This document shows, piece by piece, positions 1 to 13,228 of a stretch of 64,000 nucleotides of DNA. Under the pieces are notes generated by a model. That model searched no databases. It saw only the letters and a program-made list of their open reading frames with translations, and had not been told where the DNA came from. The stretch is from Lepidodermella squamata. Lineage: Eukaryota; Animalia; Gastrotricha. Positions within the stretch are counted from its first letter, which is position 1, and each line of letters begins with the position of its first letter. The stretch is taken from positions 372,001 to 436,000 of the forward strand of contig JBLDXI010000010.1 in NCBI GenBank assembly GCA_047495785.1, written 5' to 3'. A program made the position numbers and the translations under genes.

Positions 1-154
1 AATCGATAACCAGTAATCGATAATCACTGATTTTTCAGCTAATAAAGAGGTTTTCCCCATTTTGACTCGTAATTCGTGTTTTTCAGGTGCTAAATGACAT
101 AGATGACATGAAGTCATTCACTCAACGAGAAAAAATCGTAAAAAAGTGATACTT

Positions 155-281
155 CTGCATACGCAAATATGTGTGTACGGTAAATTTCTGCAAAAATTCG
201 TATACGCAAATACGCTTATAAGGTAAATTTCTGCAAATTTTCATTTACGCAAATGTGCGTATGTGGTACGTAGAGTGTTAA
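155..281. repeat. Degenerate ~44-bp tandem repeat (3 units), possibly the right end of a TTAA-type (piggyBac-like) element
   Basis: TACGCAAAT..GGTAAATTTCTGCAAA units recur at ~160, ~204 and ~246. The block ends in GAGTGTTAA, like the GTG|TTAA end of the MITE at 32175-32658. No left end is visible. Confidence 0.35.
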
Positions 282-519
282 CATCGGCCGCAGCAACTTA
301 TTTTCCAAGTAGCTAATTTTTTTCCAAGTCAACTTGCGACGAGAAAATTCAAAATTGAAACCCATTACCTACCATTGTTTTTAAGAATCAGCTGAATAAC
401 CATAAATTGGAAAAAGATAGTATCCAAGAACTGAGAGCTACTATCTTATCTATTAGCCGAGATATGAGGTTGAGCGTGGTTTTATAATCTTTCGCTATGC
501 TGCGAAGAGTGAGGCCAAG

Positions 520-2211
520 ATGGACAGCGACGATTCTGAAGAGTCTAATTCAAGCTGTAAGTACGAAACCGCATCTGAAGGACTTGAAGACTTAATTTCT
601 TTAACCCTTGATAAAACTGGCAACAATGACGGTGATAAAGCGGTGGACGCGGAGGATCCACTACTGCTGGTTTCGAAGCTAATTCTAGAATTAAGAGATG
701 AGTCAAGGAAAGAGCAGGCGATTGCACGGAAAGCTGTTGAAGAGCTGCGGTCAAAGCAGTCCAAGCAAGATGCTGCATTGAAACGATTGGAAAACAAGTT
801 TTCATTCCATTATGAAATATTGGTTCGACGATGGTGTACAACTGACCTCACTCAACGGCCCACTAACATAAAAATAACAACTTTGAACGAATTGGCGGAG
901 GCGGTATTGCATCAAACTGGTCCGAAACAAGACAGAGAAAAGCTGAAACGGTTAGGATTGGAGCGCTTAAAACTCAAAACTCTAGTTTGCATTCAAGAAG
1001 CATTAATTCCTACATCTTGAATACGAAGTTTTAATTGTAGGATATAGCGAAAAATTGGAAGATGGAGTACCCAAGTACGAGGAGGATGGCTCATTTTGAG
1101 AAGCAGTTGAAGCAGTGTGATGAGCTACTCGGAGACGAACGAAGGTCGGAAGAATTGGATGCTTTTCTCACCGACAAATTTGGTTTCAAGTGTATGAGTT
1201 CCTTAGCTTACTCAACGGCTGTAAGTTTTGCCCAAATGATAGCTGAGTAACAATTTTGGGGGTGCTTATTCAGTTTACCCCAATTTTTTATGTACTATTT
1301 TCCATTTGTAACTGAAAGATAGTTATACCTACACGAGCATGGTAAAATTTTGCGATTGGAAATTAAGCAAACTTGATGGCACAGCATCAGAAACACTTTT
1401 CCTGTACGAATGACCGTGTAAATTGAGGTTCCGAAGATGAACTCTCCTAACTCGCCAATCTCGCTCGGGGTTTCAGATCGCGGGAAAATGTCCTAATTTC
1501 TCTATGGCTAGCTATAGAATAATCAATAATCCTATTTTCTCTATGGCTAGCTATAGAATAATCAATAATCCTATTTTCTCTATGGCAACCAAGAATTTCT
1601 CCAACGCTGGAAACTGTCAGTAATGGGGCAGAATTTTGCTTGGAATTGGCCTCGAAACCCCCTAAGTCACAAAAATCTCAATTTTACATCAAAGCAATTT
1701 CACGTGGGAAAATGAAAATTTGACAAGTATTAAAACTTGATTGTCTTTGAAAACAAAAGGCTATATATTATAATATAATCGGATTGAGTATTACTCATCT
1801 CGTTGTTGATTTATTTCACTTATAAGACTTATGAGACACATTTATTGTATATTAAATTTATCGTTTCAGTATTTCGAAGACGAGCTGGAGGTAGATATAT
1901 ATGTTCGCCCTTGCGCTATCTACAACAGCATAATAATGCACCTGGGCGAAATCAAGAGTGGTTCTGATAAGAAGTGTGTGGAAGAGGCTTATAAGCAACT
2001 CGCCAAAAGACTTGTTATTTTCTATCACACCTGGCTCGCCATGCGCCCCCCAGGTGCTGAACCAGTTGATATTCATCTTATAGGCGCCCTCACAATGTCT
2101 AAGGTGGACGACAAATTGCGTAGGCACGCTGAAGAAATGGAAGATGAGGCAATCCAAGGCCTGGCAATCGATAAAGGGAAAATATCTTTTCTGATTCATG
2201 AAGGCCCTTAG
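520..2211 (+). CDS. Coiled-coil + PD-(D/E)XK nuclease-like protein, ~328 aa (exons 520-984, 1041-1220, 1870-2211)
   Basis: Three ORFs join in phase 0 through GT-AG introns (985-1040 gtttgc..ttgtag; 1221-1869 gtaagt..tttcag). The protein has an acidic N-terminus, a heptad region, and motifs YEILVR / ELEVDIYVR / LGEIKSG / AYKQLAKRL. Confidence 0.65.
1491..1586. repeat. 39-bp tandem repeat, ~2.5 copies, intronic
   Basis: TCCTATTTTCTCTATGGCTAGCTATAGAATAATCAATAA starts at 1491, 1530 and 1569. Confidence 0.9.
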
Positions 2212-2410
2212 ACTTACGGGAAAAGAGCATTCATCTTATCTTATTTCGTCATTCTGCAAATAAAACAACGCACCGTTGTGATAAGATTAGGATTTATAAC
2301 AACTAGCAACGCCCAACAAATTGACACTCATTAATTCCACTTCTAAATTCGTTTGTTAGTGCCTTTAAAACCTTAAAAGCTATTCGATTGACCTGGCCTA
2401 TAGTAACTAC

Positions 2411-3676
2411 ATGGCCAGACTGTTGCATTCCATGGAGAGCGGCAAATACTTTGCCGAACGCAAGCAAAGCAGCAGTCATCGCGATGTGGCTACTGGCCAG
2501 GTCAAACGACAGCATAAGGGCGGCAACAACTCAAGACCAGTTTCGGGGAAACTCGACGAAAAAACAGCGATCCGACTTGTTGCGATGCTGAGCGATCTCG
2601 GGCGCGACATGCAACAGCATCGGGATGATAGGAGGAAAGCCTTTCAACAACTGGCTGAAGAGATGAACGAAACGACCAAGATTCTCGAGCGGATCGAGGC
2701 TAAAGTCGATGAAAGTTTGGCATTCATGGCGAAAAACCAGCCTGAAGAAGAAGAATGCCATTTTCAAGCAGCCGTCGAACCGAGAACAGATTTTCCAACG
2801 AATCCGAATAACAACAATAACCAAATTTTGAAGCTGTCACCAGCAAAACAAGATCTTTGCTACATGTTATTGATGATCGTTCTATGTTATGTAAGTTATG
2901 TATTATTGCATGTCACGTATAAACAATTTTTAGGATTTCGTAAGATGAAACATGCTAGTCGCACTCAATTAAGTACGCGTTTTCAGATATTCTTACTTGA
3001 ACGGCTTTCCGGTCGCGGGTTACGGAATATTCAAAATTTTGTTATCATACTATTCTCCTTAAAAACAGAGTAAGGATCATATCTCATCTAGAAGGCTGAG
3101 ATTGCTTGGCCTTATCAAATTTGCCCGCTAAGCACATGAAATTAGGGTTGGAAAGCTCAGGAAACCTAAAAGGTCCCGAACCTTACATCGGACTTCACGA
3201 AACTGGTAAAGACTCCTGATTTTGCTAGCAAATTTGATTAACCGGAAAGCCGTTGAATGAAGTTCACTGTAAGGTTCGGGACCTTTCAGGTTTCCTGAGC
3301 TTTCCAACCCTAATTTCATGTGCTTAGCGGGCAAATTGGATAAGGCCAAGCAATATCAGCCTTCTAGATGAGATATGATCCTTACTCAGTTTTATGGTAA
3401 CAAATTCCGAATATTCCGTAACCGGAATAAGCCGTTCAAGTACGAATATCAAAAAACGCGTACTTTTCAAGTATGACTAGCATGTTTCAGTTTAAGAAAT
3501 CCTAAAAATTGTTTATACGTGACATGCAATGAGCAACAGTGATTTTTTGCTAGCTTTCCTATTTGACCTCCGAACTAAGTTGGAGCCACTCGGATTCCCC
3601 TTCTGCCCACCGGTTGATGCATTTTATTGATAATGGAGCAACATTTCATTGCAACCACAGCAGCTTATTGAGTTAA
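2411..3676 (+). CDS. Hypothetical coiled-coil protein with C-terminal hydrophobic segment, ~200 aa (exons 2411-2890, 3554-3676)
   Basis: Heptad-rich ORF with a strong donor TAT|GTAAGT at 2891. The ORF tail beyond it runs into a foldback element. Acceptor TTTTGCTAG at 3553 continues in phase 0 to give LCYMLLMIVLCYLSYL. Exon 2 is tentative. Confidence 0.45.
2905..3530. mobile_element. Foldback/MITE-like palindromic element (~626 bp)
   Basis: Arms of ~280 bp are near-perfect reverse complements (ATTGCATGTCACGTATAAAC...GTTTATACGTGACATGCAAT). The centre is TTTGCTAGCAAA. No clear TSD. Confidence 0.85.
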
Positions 3677-3843
3677 ATCAAATGATCAACTGGATGCTCG
3701 TTTGGCCTGGTGCAGAGCAATTGCGGAGCGATAATAACTTTCAACGATTATATTTCCAAGGCGAAAATATGCACACAACTTTCAATTGTAAAAAAACATT
3801 GATGTACAGTAGTTATTTCAGCTTTTTCTTCTGAGAGCCTATA

Positions 3844-4882
3844 CTGTAAAACCCCTTATTTTCGCGGTGACTTAATTTTCGCGGTTTTTCGCGGTATGAT
3901 GGGACCGCGAATTTAAGATCCGCGAAAATTAATACCCCGCGAAAATTTCTGACCAGCGAAAATTTGCTCATCCCAAAAATAAATCACGCAAATATTAGGG
4001 CAAGGTTTCTAGCGCGTGTATAGGTTATGGTTGGCGTTTTATTGCTTTTTAGCAATAAGCTAAATAAGCGCAATTGTCGACCAATGGCCGATCAGGGCGG
4101 AGCTAGTTCGGCAACGCGCTTGTGAGTGTTACACAAAAGGCAACGCGCGGTGTTCAGCGTAATCATGATTTGTGACCATTGTTTGGAAACAATGGACGCG
4201 CACTTCTCCAATCAGCCACGCGCAAAAACAGCAACTTTGGAATTTCGACCGCGCGCGCTGATGGCAAAGGAAAATTTGATGAAATATTGTCGGTTTTTAC
4301 ACCAAAATGAAATTCAGGCAAAGCTCTTTCTATTGAGTATAGGGTTCTCGCTCGAAAATTTTAATGGGAGAAGTTTTACGTCCACCTTAAATATCGCGCG
4401 CATGCCAGCTGTGCGCGCACTGCCAAGAAGAAATTTGTCGCGAACGTCAAACTATTTACCATCAATATTTCCGAGTGAGAATTTATATTCAATAGAAAGA
4501 GTGTTTCCAGAACTTCATTTTGGTGTAAAAACCGACAATAAAATCCAAAATTCACCATTGACATCAGCGCGCGCGGTTTCAAGTTCACTAAAAACCACTT
4601 GCTAGCTAATTGGAGTCGATTTCGCGCATTCGAGTGCGCCCATTGTTCTAACCGCGCGCACGAAGCGGTACCGCGCGTGTCAGCGGAAACGCGATTGGCG
4701 TAGATTTGAATCTTGTTCCGTGAAACATTCGTGAACGCAAGCGCGCCGCGAATTATGCAGCCAAGTTGCGCAACTCCTGACAGGGCATGGCCGCGAATTC
4801 AAGTAACCGCGAAAATAAGAACAGGCCGATTTTAGGCCCGACCGCGAATTCAAAGTCACCGCGAAAAAAAGGGGTTTTACAG
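3844..4882. mobile_element. Non-autonomous TIR DNA transposon with TA target duplication
   Basis: TA|CTGTAAAACCCC...GGGGTTTTACAG|TA termini, subterminal CCGCGAA(A/T)TT motif arrays, and an internal inverted repeat at ~4240-4383 / 4441-4585. Confidence 0.85.
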
Positions 4883-5566
4883 TATTATGCAGTTTGTAAT
4901 TCTTGCTTGCAACTTCGCCTCGGTTTTAGATCGAACATTTTGTATGGCTTTCGGTGAAACCGTTTTCAGAAAAAGAAATAAGAAAGGAAGTAAAACACAT
5001 TAATTTTATCTAATTTTACTTTTCTGCATCAAATATTATAATGCTTAATCTCCTTACAAAAATGCATGCCAAGGAATCATACTGCGATAGGCTGAAAGAT
5101 GAAATAATAATCTCTCGACCCTTTAGTACAATAATTCAACCGCAGATTGAAACTTAAAACCAGCTTGAGCATGCGTAATTCCGGTTTAGCCTCCCTAGAA
5201 GTATGAATTTTTGCACGCAAAATGCGCACATCGCGGAAGCCAGCACGCAAGCAAAAATGGGAAGTGCAGAGCTTCGATTACGTCACCACATCCGTGTCTC
5301 TAATATATAACACCCGAAGCGATCCTATTATAATGCGATCGGAAAAAAACGCGCAATGACGCACTTGAAGGCATCACATAAAATGCAATTTGACATCATA
5401 TATACGCGATAGCTATCGCAGGTCTTTTTTCAGCTATATCTTGTCCATTCCTGCTCGTTCGCGTGTGTGAGCGTTGGCAATATTGTTAAAAACGCATAGT
5501 ATAGAAAACCGCCAACGCCTGGCACTACGTATCGAATTTCAGTTGTCATCTTTCCGCTAAATAGCA

Positions 5567-6172
5567 ATGCATCATCAGCCATTGACGCAGGTGATTGACG
5601 ACGTTGTCGTGAAACCGGCTGCTATAGCGCCGCTACGCAGGTTAGTTCATCATTTCAGCGTTTTTTCATTCTGATTAAACATCACATTATCGGAGTAGCT
5701 GTATCAAATTTTAAACCTTATCATCATGACTGTTTTTCATACGGACCCATGCATTTCAAACAGGGACAGCTTCTCGGCTTCGAATTCGCGTGAAATGCGA
5801 AGCGTGGCCAAGCTATTCAACCACCCTACCCTCGGCGTTAGGGTTTGTGTCACCCTGGAGGTAACGCCTAGCCCGTACCTACTAGCAGCCGCCGCGAATT
5901 CAGCATCTCAGCCTGAAATTGGCGCGAAAATAACGACCGCTGACGGCTTGATTCCGGCTGATTTGAACCGACCGAGGACTTCGTCGCTGCCTACAGCAGC
6001 TATTTCACGTTCAAATCTCACGTCAACGCCTGATATACTGAAAATGGTGAAACTAGCCGATGGCAATAAATCGTTGGATCACGAGCAAACTGCTGCAATG
6101 TCGAAATCTGCTGATTCAAGCAGCAATAGCGTTAGGCGAACTGTTCGCTTTGGCTATAATTTCGCGGCTTGA
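5567..6172 (+). CDS. Hypothetical low-complexity Ser/Ala-rich protein, ~160 aa (exons 5567-5640, 5764-6172)
   Basis: The ATG exon splices in phase 2 (CAG|GTTAGT ... AAACAG|G) onto the 5726-6172 ORF. It contains RRDSF, RPRTSS and C-terminal RRTVRF. Confidence 0.5.
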
Positions 6173-6599
6173 AAGAGCGATATATATGATTTCCAGAATT
6201 TCGAACTTGCATTTCTTTACATGTGAAATTTCTCTCTTTCTATGACAAAACCGGTCGCCAATTTCTCGACTCGATTTCACAAATTCTGTGTTTTATCCGA
6301 TTTTTTCAGACGAATAAATCAATAACGACCACAGTCCTGATGTTTTCGTTTTTTTCAGTTCTGACGCAAAATCATTTTTCGGTGTTTCAAATTTCGTCAA
6401 TTTTCCGAAATTGAAGATGAGTGTGACATCAATCGATATAGAAAGGTGCACTTAAAATAAGGAAGAAAATCGGCTAAATCGAGAAAATGAAACCGCAACT
6501 TTAATCTTTTTGCTACTTCAGAAAAAAAGAAAAATATTGAAAAATCCCATGTAGTGCACAATGACGGCGCGTGGTCTTACTTCGGACACTTTTGGCTAT

Positions 6600-9500
6600 G
6601 GACATCCTGACCCGTGGTAGCTGCTGTAAACACCGCTCAAATAGTTCAGAGTTTTATCTTTCAAATGACACGTGAAACATATGAACGTCTTCGCTCACGT
6701 GAATATCCAATTTATTCCATGTCAGTTTTTTTATTGCTTGAAAGATGCGCAGAAGAAAAAGCGCGTCGAATTAGCTTATGCAAATATGTTATAGGTAAAA
6801 TTGTAACCTACATATTTCCTAAGGGAATGCGACTAAAAGACAATTTTATCGCGGATAATTTTGGAAAGCTTCAAAATTCGAAGAATTGAAGATGCCAATC
6901 ATTATTATTCACATTCCATGGGTGAATGTGAACATCGGTGAGCTAGTTAGGAAATAGTTTGGCTAATCAGAAAATCTTTAGGGTTGAATTGAATCAAATT
7001 CTCAAGTCCATTTTAATTTTCTGAAGTTAAATTTGGCCTTAATTTAATATTCACGTCAAGCTGCCCGAAATTGTATCCAAAATCGGTCGAGTCAGTAACC
7101 CGTGAGAAATTACACAGGAAACGAATCTTCACCAGGGACCTTTCAGTGAGACTTCTGAACTTTTCAGAGAATTTAGAGGACTGAAAACCCGTTCCAGTGC
7201 TGAAATTTTCGATTGATTGAAATCTCCCTCGTTCTATTTTGCATTTATTTTTTCGTCCTAATGCATAGATGCTATGTCCTAATGTGTCCAGAATCCAGAA
7301 TCCTTTCAACTTGAGATCTAAGGGCTTGTTAGGTTTCGATAAGCCGCTAAATATATGGGCGTATTTTTACCTAATTTTGAGATATTCCTGGTGATTAAAG
7401 ACAAAAAACTGCGCGAGGTTCAAAACCTGAATGAAACCCATAGGCTATTTATTTTCACGAATTTCATCGCGGAGGATTCTGAAACCATTCATTGACTCTT
7501 GACAAAGAGTAAAAAATATAGCTGAATCAATTGGTCAAAAACGTCTCTAATTCCGGCATCGGTTCCAAGGTTAAAAAAATCGGAACAAAGTCCCTTTACG
7601 TTGCGGATTAATTCGGCATATAAACAGATTGGTGCTTTCAATTATTGTTGTTTTTTTCTAAAATTAAATCTAATTTCGAAGTCCCTTTTTTAATCTGCTG
7701 TCACCTGTATTACGCGAAATGTTATCACGAGATGAAAATCCGATGATTGGATGCTTAATTTAAGCGGTGTTAATCACTTTAAAAGCGGCTATATTTTCGA
7801 TAATTTTCATCAACTTCAAAAAAAAACCGCAAAAAGGCGAGTATATTATAAGACAGCCCACACACTTTTGCGTATAATTGACTCGAGTAATTCAATTTAA
7901 TACTCAGGATGTTTTTCTGCGATATCGAACCGCACGCGGTCGAAAATCATTAAAACGACCTATTTATTTGTTTAAGCAATTTTTCACCATACAACGGAAA
8001 AAATAGCCACTTTTTCTTTCTTTTCAAGTGTATCAAAGCCTACGCGAAAAACTCTTGCCGGCTGTGTTTTGATGCGTTGTTTTTCGCGAAAACTAAGTAT
8101 TACAAGTGAAGAGATATCAATAAATCGTTATCATCAGGCTTTTGTATTACTATTTTTTTTCCGGCAAAACGTCCACGCGATGCGCACAAGTATCAACGAG
8201 CTATATTTGATATTTTTTCACGTGCACAAAAAGTGCCGGTATATTGTGTGATGATCGATGCCGCTTTTAATCTTTTAACACCTGTGCCGTTTACGAAAAA
8301 ATCATAAAAAATTTAATAACCGCAATTTGTTTCTATTCAAGCTCCATTGGCTATCGCGAGAATTTTTGCGGCCGTTATTTGGCAAAAACAAGAATTGCGA
8401 GTTATTGCAAGAAAACCACTAATTGCTTGTGCCTATAAGAAGATGAATTCTACTTGAATGGAATAGGATCACTTCATATCAGATTCCCGCCGCGTTAACC
8501 TAGTTTATTTTATCTTTTCAATCGGCCTAACCGCAGCTTTGGAAATTTATATATATTTAAGGTTTAACGTCAGTGTTGCTCAAAAAGTTCTGAAATTTCA
8601 ATCTTGGGTGGGTGATGCGATTCCGGATTTTCCTGAGATTTTCGAAATATTTTCTATTTTTACCCGATTTTCGGCAATTTGAAACTTTTTCGCCTTACTT
8701 TGGACAGCTGCGGTTAACGTTTGACGCGCATTTGCTCAATTTTCAAAAGGGTCTCTTGAGTTTATGAGAATCTTTGAAATTTCGATCAAGTTATAGGGAG
8801 GGTTCAGAAAATCAGATAATTAGGTAAATCAAGAAGACAACATTTTTCTTATCTATTACCCGAATTTATACCTGAACTTCAGTTTAGATTCCGTGCAAAA
8901 TTTTTCACTCACCGTCAAGCTTTAGCTTTCTTTTCATTTGAGAGTATTAAGGTAAGGAATACCCGCGCCCAAGTTCTGTCCAAAATAAATTGTATACAGG
9001 ATAATAGGACCCATAATACAGAATCCAAAGCTTCAAACTTTTTCAGAGGATCGACTTTTGTTCCAATCACCCTGAAACGAACCCCAATCGGACACTGATG
9101 AGTATTTTCCACGAAAGTCTTTCAGGGTTGCGGATTTTATTCATATTAGAAATCGATAAATTTGGTAAAATTAATGCAAATTTACTGAATTTTCGGTGAT
9201 TCCTGACGATTAATTTGGATCCAAATTTTTCGATAAATTCGGATTTCATCATTTTTCCATTTTTCGAGGTGATTGAAATGCTTCAAAATTTGCTGTTGTA
9301 GCATCTGGTTACAATAGCTGCAATTTGTCTCAATAAGCTCCCCGTGGTCGGTGCAAAAAACACACCTCAGTGAAGATTAGAACAATGATCTTTGTCTTTA
9401 TGAAATCGCATTCAAGATAAAGAAAAATGATTATTGCGCAACGATTTTGTGGTTTTTGATTGTCAATTGTTCACTTTTTTCCGGCTGGCAGGCTTACATT

Positions 9501-12500
9501 TTTCATTTTTCATCTCGCAATAACGCGGCGGGAAGTTCACTTAATAATGAGGTTTTTGCTACGCTTTAAGACAAAATTGAACGGTTGATTAGGCACTTTT
9601 ATTGGTGAATTTTATTGAATTATGCCACGCCCCCTATCCTTTCCTCTGCCTCTCCCCACAATCGCATATATACACATACATAATGTATCAAGTGTCCCTG
9701 GGAGCTAAAATTGCGCTATATTCAATTTTCGTCTACTTCCGCCTCTCTTGATATCTGGCGTAAAGTATATAAAAATCGGAATTATATTTTCCACTCGTCC
9801 GGCTTTCATTTCCTTGTTTACCCAAGCCGCGATTCCGGCTTTTTTTCTGGCATCAAATATTACCATTAATATTTTTTTTCAATTTTTCATTCGTATTTTT
9901 TGCATATTTTAACCTACCTTCGCTAATCGATATTGTGGTCGCTTTTGAGAATCGGGTGATGGGCTCTTCCGGGATTACTATATCTAAATTGATTCTAAAA
10001 ATACCGCAATTCGAGTGGGATTAGCGAATCCTCTCTGCGTATCATATATTGCCTAGATTATCGACAAATTGCGGGCGATGAGGCTTAGATACATTCGCAT
10101 TTTTTTTTGTCTGAAAATTATGAGTCTATTAGCGAGTTGAAAATTTCATTATTTTTCCGTCGATAGCTTCAAGCAAAAAAATTGACGCAATGTTGTTTAA
10201 CCTTGAGGCTAACCACGTGGCCAAATTTCGTATTGCGTTTTCGTGTTTTTCGTTTTTACGGGTCATTAGACTGATAGCCTGTTATATATTAGAACGACCA
10301 GTTAGGAAAAAAACTGTTGGCAGCGGGGAAAAAATTATCAGGTGGTGGTAAACAAGGTGTTTATGTCTACCAGAAAAAAAAACGCGCATTGGCACGTGGG
10401 CTCGTGATGGCCGATCTCGCTCGCATAATATAATTCTCCCTCCCTCTTTCTCCCGCTCTTATCAAACAAAAACACGATGCGAAATCCAGATAGCGTCATA
10501 TTATTATTATTTGAGATATAGCCATGAATAATCAAAATAATAAGCTCGTTATAATCAACAGGCCGCTACTAAATACTTCGTTTCGCTCTGCTGACGTTAT
10601 ATAAGCCGGTAGTTTTTTACTATACTCCCGATATTTTTCACTCAATTATGAGGAGGGTAAAAAAAACGCGCATGCAAATGAAAATATTATTAGCGCGCTC
10701 TTATTATTACCAGTGATATTTTTTCGATTATTATTCAATTACGCGGCTTACTTCTTCTTTGCCGCTGCGATTTCTACAGCGTAGCGCGCGCGTCGAAAAA
10801 CATGTTTTCGTAGTTTCGAATCATGTATAATATTTATTTCGAAAAATAATAGTTAATCATTACCAATTTTCTTGGCTGAAATTTTTTTGAAAATTACGTC
10901 ATTAGATTGCTCACGGTTTTTTTCTTTATTGGCCGCCGTCCAATTGCCTTTTAATCACCAAGGAGCGTGATGTATTTTTGCGCTTCTATTCATGAATAAT
11001 TCTTAATGCCTATGTAAAGAAGTAATTTTATCGCGCTTTACCACACCCCCTCAATTTTACGTTGCAAGACTAAAAATAAGGCGCTATAGTATAATATTAT
11101 TTTTTATTATCACTTAGCAAGCGAGCGGCTTGATCATCTGCCAAGCGCCATTAGGCACAAACGCTGGTAATAAATAAAAAACTTTTTGCTGTAGCGGCCA
11201 ATTTATTATATAACAGGGCAGTAAACATGCGCGATTTTGGCCCAAGGTCGGCAGGTAATTTACAAGCGCAGTTGAAGCGTGCACAGCTGTTTCGCTATCA
11301 TCATTTGATATGCTTTGTTTTCCCAGCAGAAACCGCAATATATTTTCGATTATATTATGTAAGTATATATACATAAATATATATGCCACGTTAGGCCTGT
11401 AATAACATTCGCTTTAGTGAATTATTACAGGCCGCTTGAAGCTTGTAGCATTAGGCTAATGATGATGTTAGGCCCTGGAAAATTACTGGCGAGCGACTTT
11501 AGCTGCTAATTGACCCGAAACGCAAATATTTTCGGTTTTATTTTCTTTCTGATTTTTATTTCGAAGACAATCCTTTGGCGCCCCGCCAAATAAGACACGT
11601 GGCACGCATTGCGCAGCAGCTAAAAAAATCAGTTTATATATAGTAACATTATACAGCCGTCATGTGCCGCCACTTTTTTTTTATTTCCCTATTGCGCAGT
11701 CGCCGCTATATTATTATTATTATTATATTTCCCCGAGTCAAAATAGCCGCCGCTACGGCCAGCGCTTGTAAATTGATAGTGCTATAATGCAGTTGTTATT
11801 TTTTCTTCTAGAAAAATCGATGCGCTCTTATAAGCATGTGAAAATATGCTATAGTAATAATAATAATAATAATTCTGCATATATGCGCCTTAATATATAA
11901 CGCGCACCCCACTAGTGCGCGGTATATATAAGCGGTTGCCAAGTCAGCTGACCGGCAGCGCTCATTTTACTAGCTATTATTCATCGTCATGTGATGTCTA
12001 TGATCTGAACAACAACATCATATTATTATTATTATTACTATTAGATGCGGAAAACAAGTTATATAAACCCAGACGTTTCCTCTGAAAAACCCAATCAATA
12101 GTTTTCGCTGCTTTCCCGCTGAAGCGTGACCGCAAGTATTTTTAGCTTTAAATCTTTGCTTTTTGATTTATTACTTTTTCCAAGAGTGGAAAAATTGATC
12201 AAACCGCGGTATAATCGCGAAATCCCAAGAGCTATCAAGTGTGAGGGCGTGACCGGCTTTGCGTGATAGACAATTTTTTTTACCCCGATTTCTCTCAATC
12301 AAATATTTTTTTAACTCTTATTCATTTCGCAAAATTCACCGGTGTGTGCACTTGATATTATTTTACGTTTAAAAATAGATCCTAACACAAAAAAAGCCGC
12401 AGCACATGACCAAGTGCACTTGCGATATATTGAGGCAAGCTGCCGCGTGACTGGAATTTTTATATATAAATTATCACCACTTATACACTGCTCTCGCTTT

Positions 12501-13200
12501 TATATAAAATAATTTATTATTAAAAGCCACTTCACGTCCCGTTATACCTACCTGTGAAAAAAATTAGGCCTCAGGTACAAATCCCTCCCCTTAATTTCGC
12601 CGGTTTAAACAAAAAATCTTAATTTTATTAATGTAAACCCGTGTTATTTCACGTGGGCCCCTGAACAAACGTCAACAGCTTTTTTATTACGGCACGCGTT
12701 TTTTTTTCGTTTCAAGAAAAAACGAAGAAAAATCACGCGTGTTTACTGTTATGTACAACGCGCTTTAACCTTCTTTGATATAGCGTATATGCCCCGGTGT
12801 TTACCTTTTTTTAAGGTCCCGTGCCTGTATGCCTGGCGTTGAAATAAAACGTTATACATACATGAATAGTGAGAGAGAGATAGAGTGGTGTAAATTTCCA
12901 GCTATTTATCACTGTTTGGTGGCGGCTTTTTGTTTGCATAAGCGTTTGGTTTTTTTCATATTATTATATTTTACACACATTTTTATATAAAAACCGTTAG
13001 CTTGAAGCTTACTAATATAATGCGTATAAATGGGCCGACGCGCGCTGCGTTCTGCCAGTTTCGCCATTTTACGCGATATATGTCACTATTTATTTCCCAA
13101 TTTTTTTATTTACTAAAAATTTACTTTTTAATCTCATCTTACATAAATCTTCATTTTATATAGAAATTTTATTACGCGGATTTATCAAAGAGGATAAGCA
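6600..13200. promoter_or_regulatory. Long AT-rich non-coding block with clustered CACGTG E-boxes upstream of the 13229 gene
   Basis: No credible ORFs. CACGTG occurs at 6669, 6696, 8219, 10214, 10393, 11596 and 12650 (also 14998 and 15603 downstream of the gene). Confidence 0.4.
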
Positions 13201-13228
13201 AGCTTTAAAGTCAATTTCAGCGTCTAAA

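Noticed and set aside
329-370. ~45-bp match to 31723-31765 (GAGAAAATTCAAAATTGAAACC..TTACC)
   Set aside because: Probably a fragment of an old dispersed repeat; too short to classify.
155-1586. Short repeats as a CRISPR-like array next to a nuclease-like gene
   Set aside because: The repeats are head-to-tail with no unique spacers, only 2-3 units, in a spliced eukaryotic context.
2891-3073. C-terminal 60 codons of the 220-aa ORF
   Set aside because: They follow a strong splice donor and consist of foldback-element sequence.
3745-3765. RLYFQG resembling a TEV protease site in ORF 3649-3834
   Set aside because: Chance match in an unsupported ORF, with no vector context.
4126-4605. ORFs on both strands sharing YCRFLHQNE
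   Set aside because: Artefact of the internal inverted repeat of the non-autonomous transposon.
6223-12298. Numerous 60-100 aa ORFs in the non-coding block
   Set aside because: AT-rich, F/I/K-biased translations with no motifs and no consistent exon chain.
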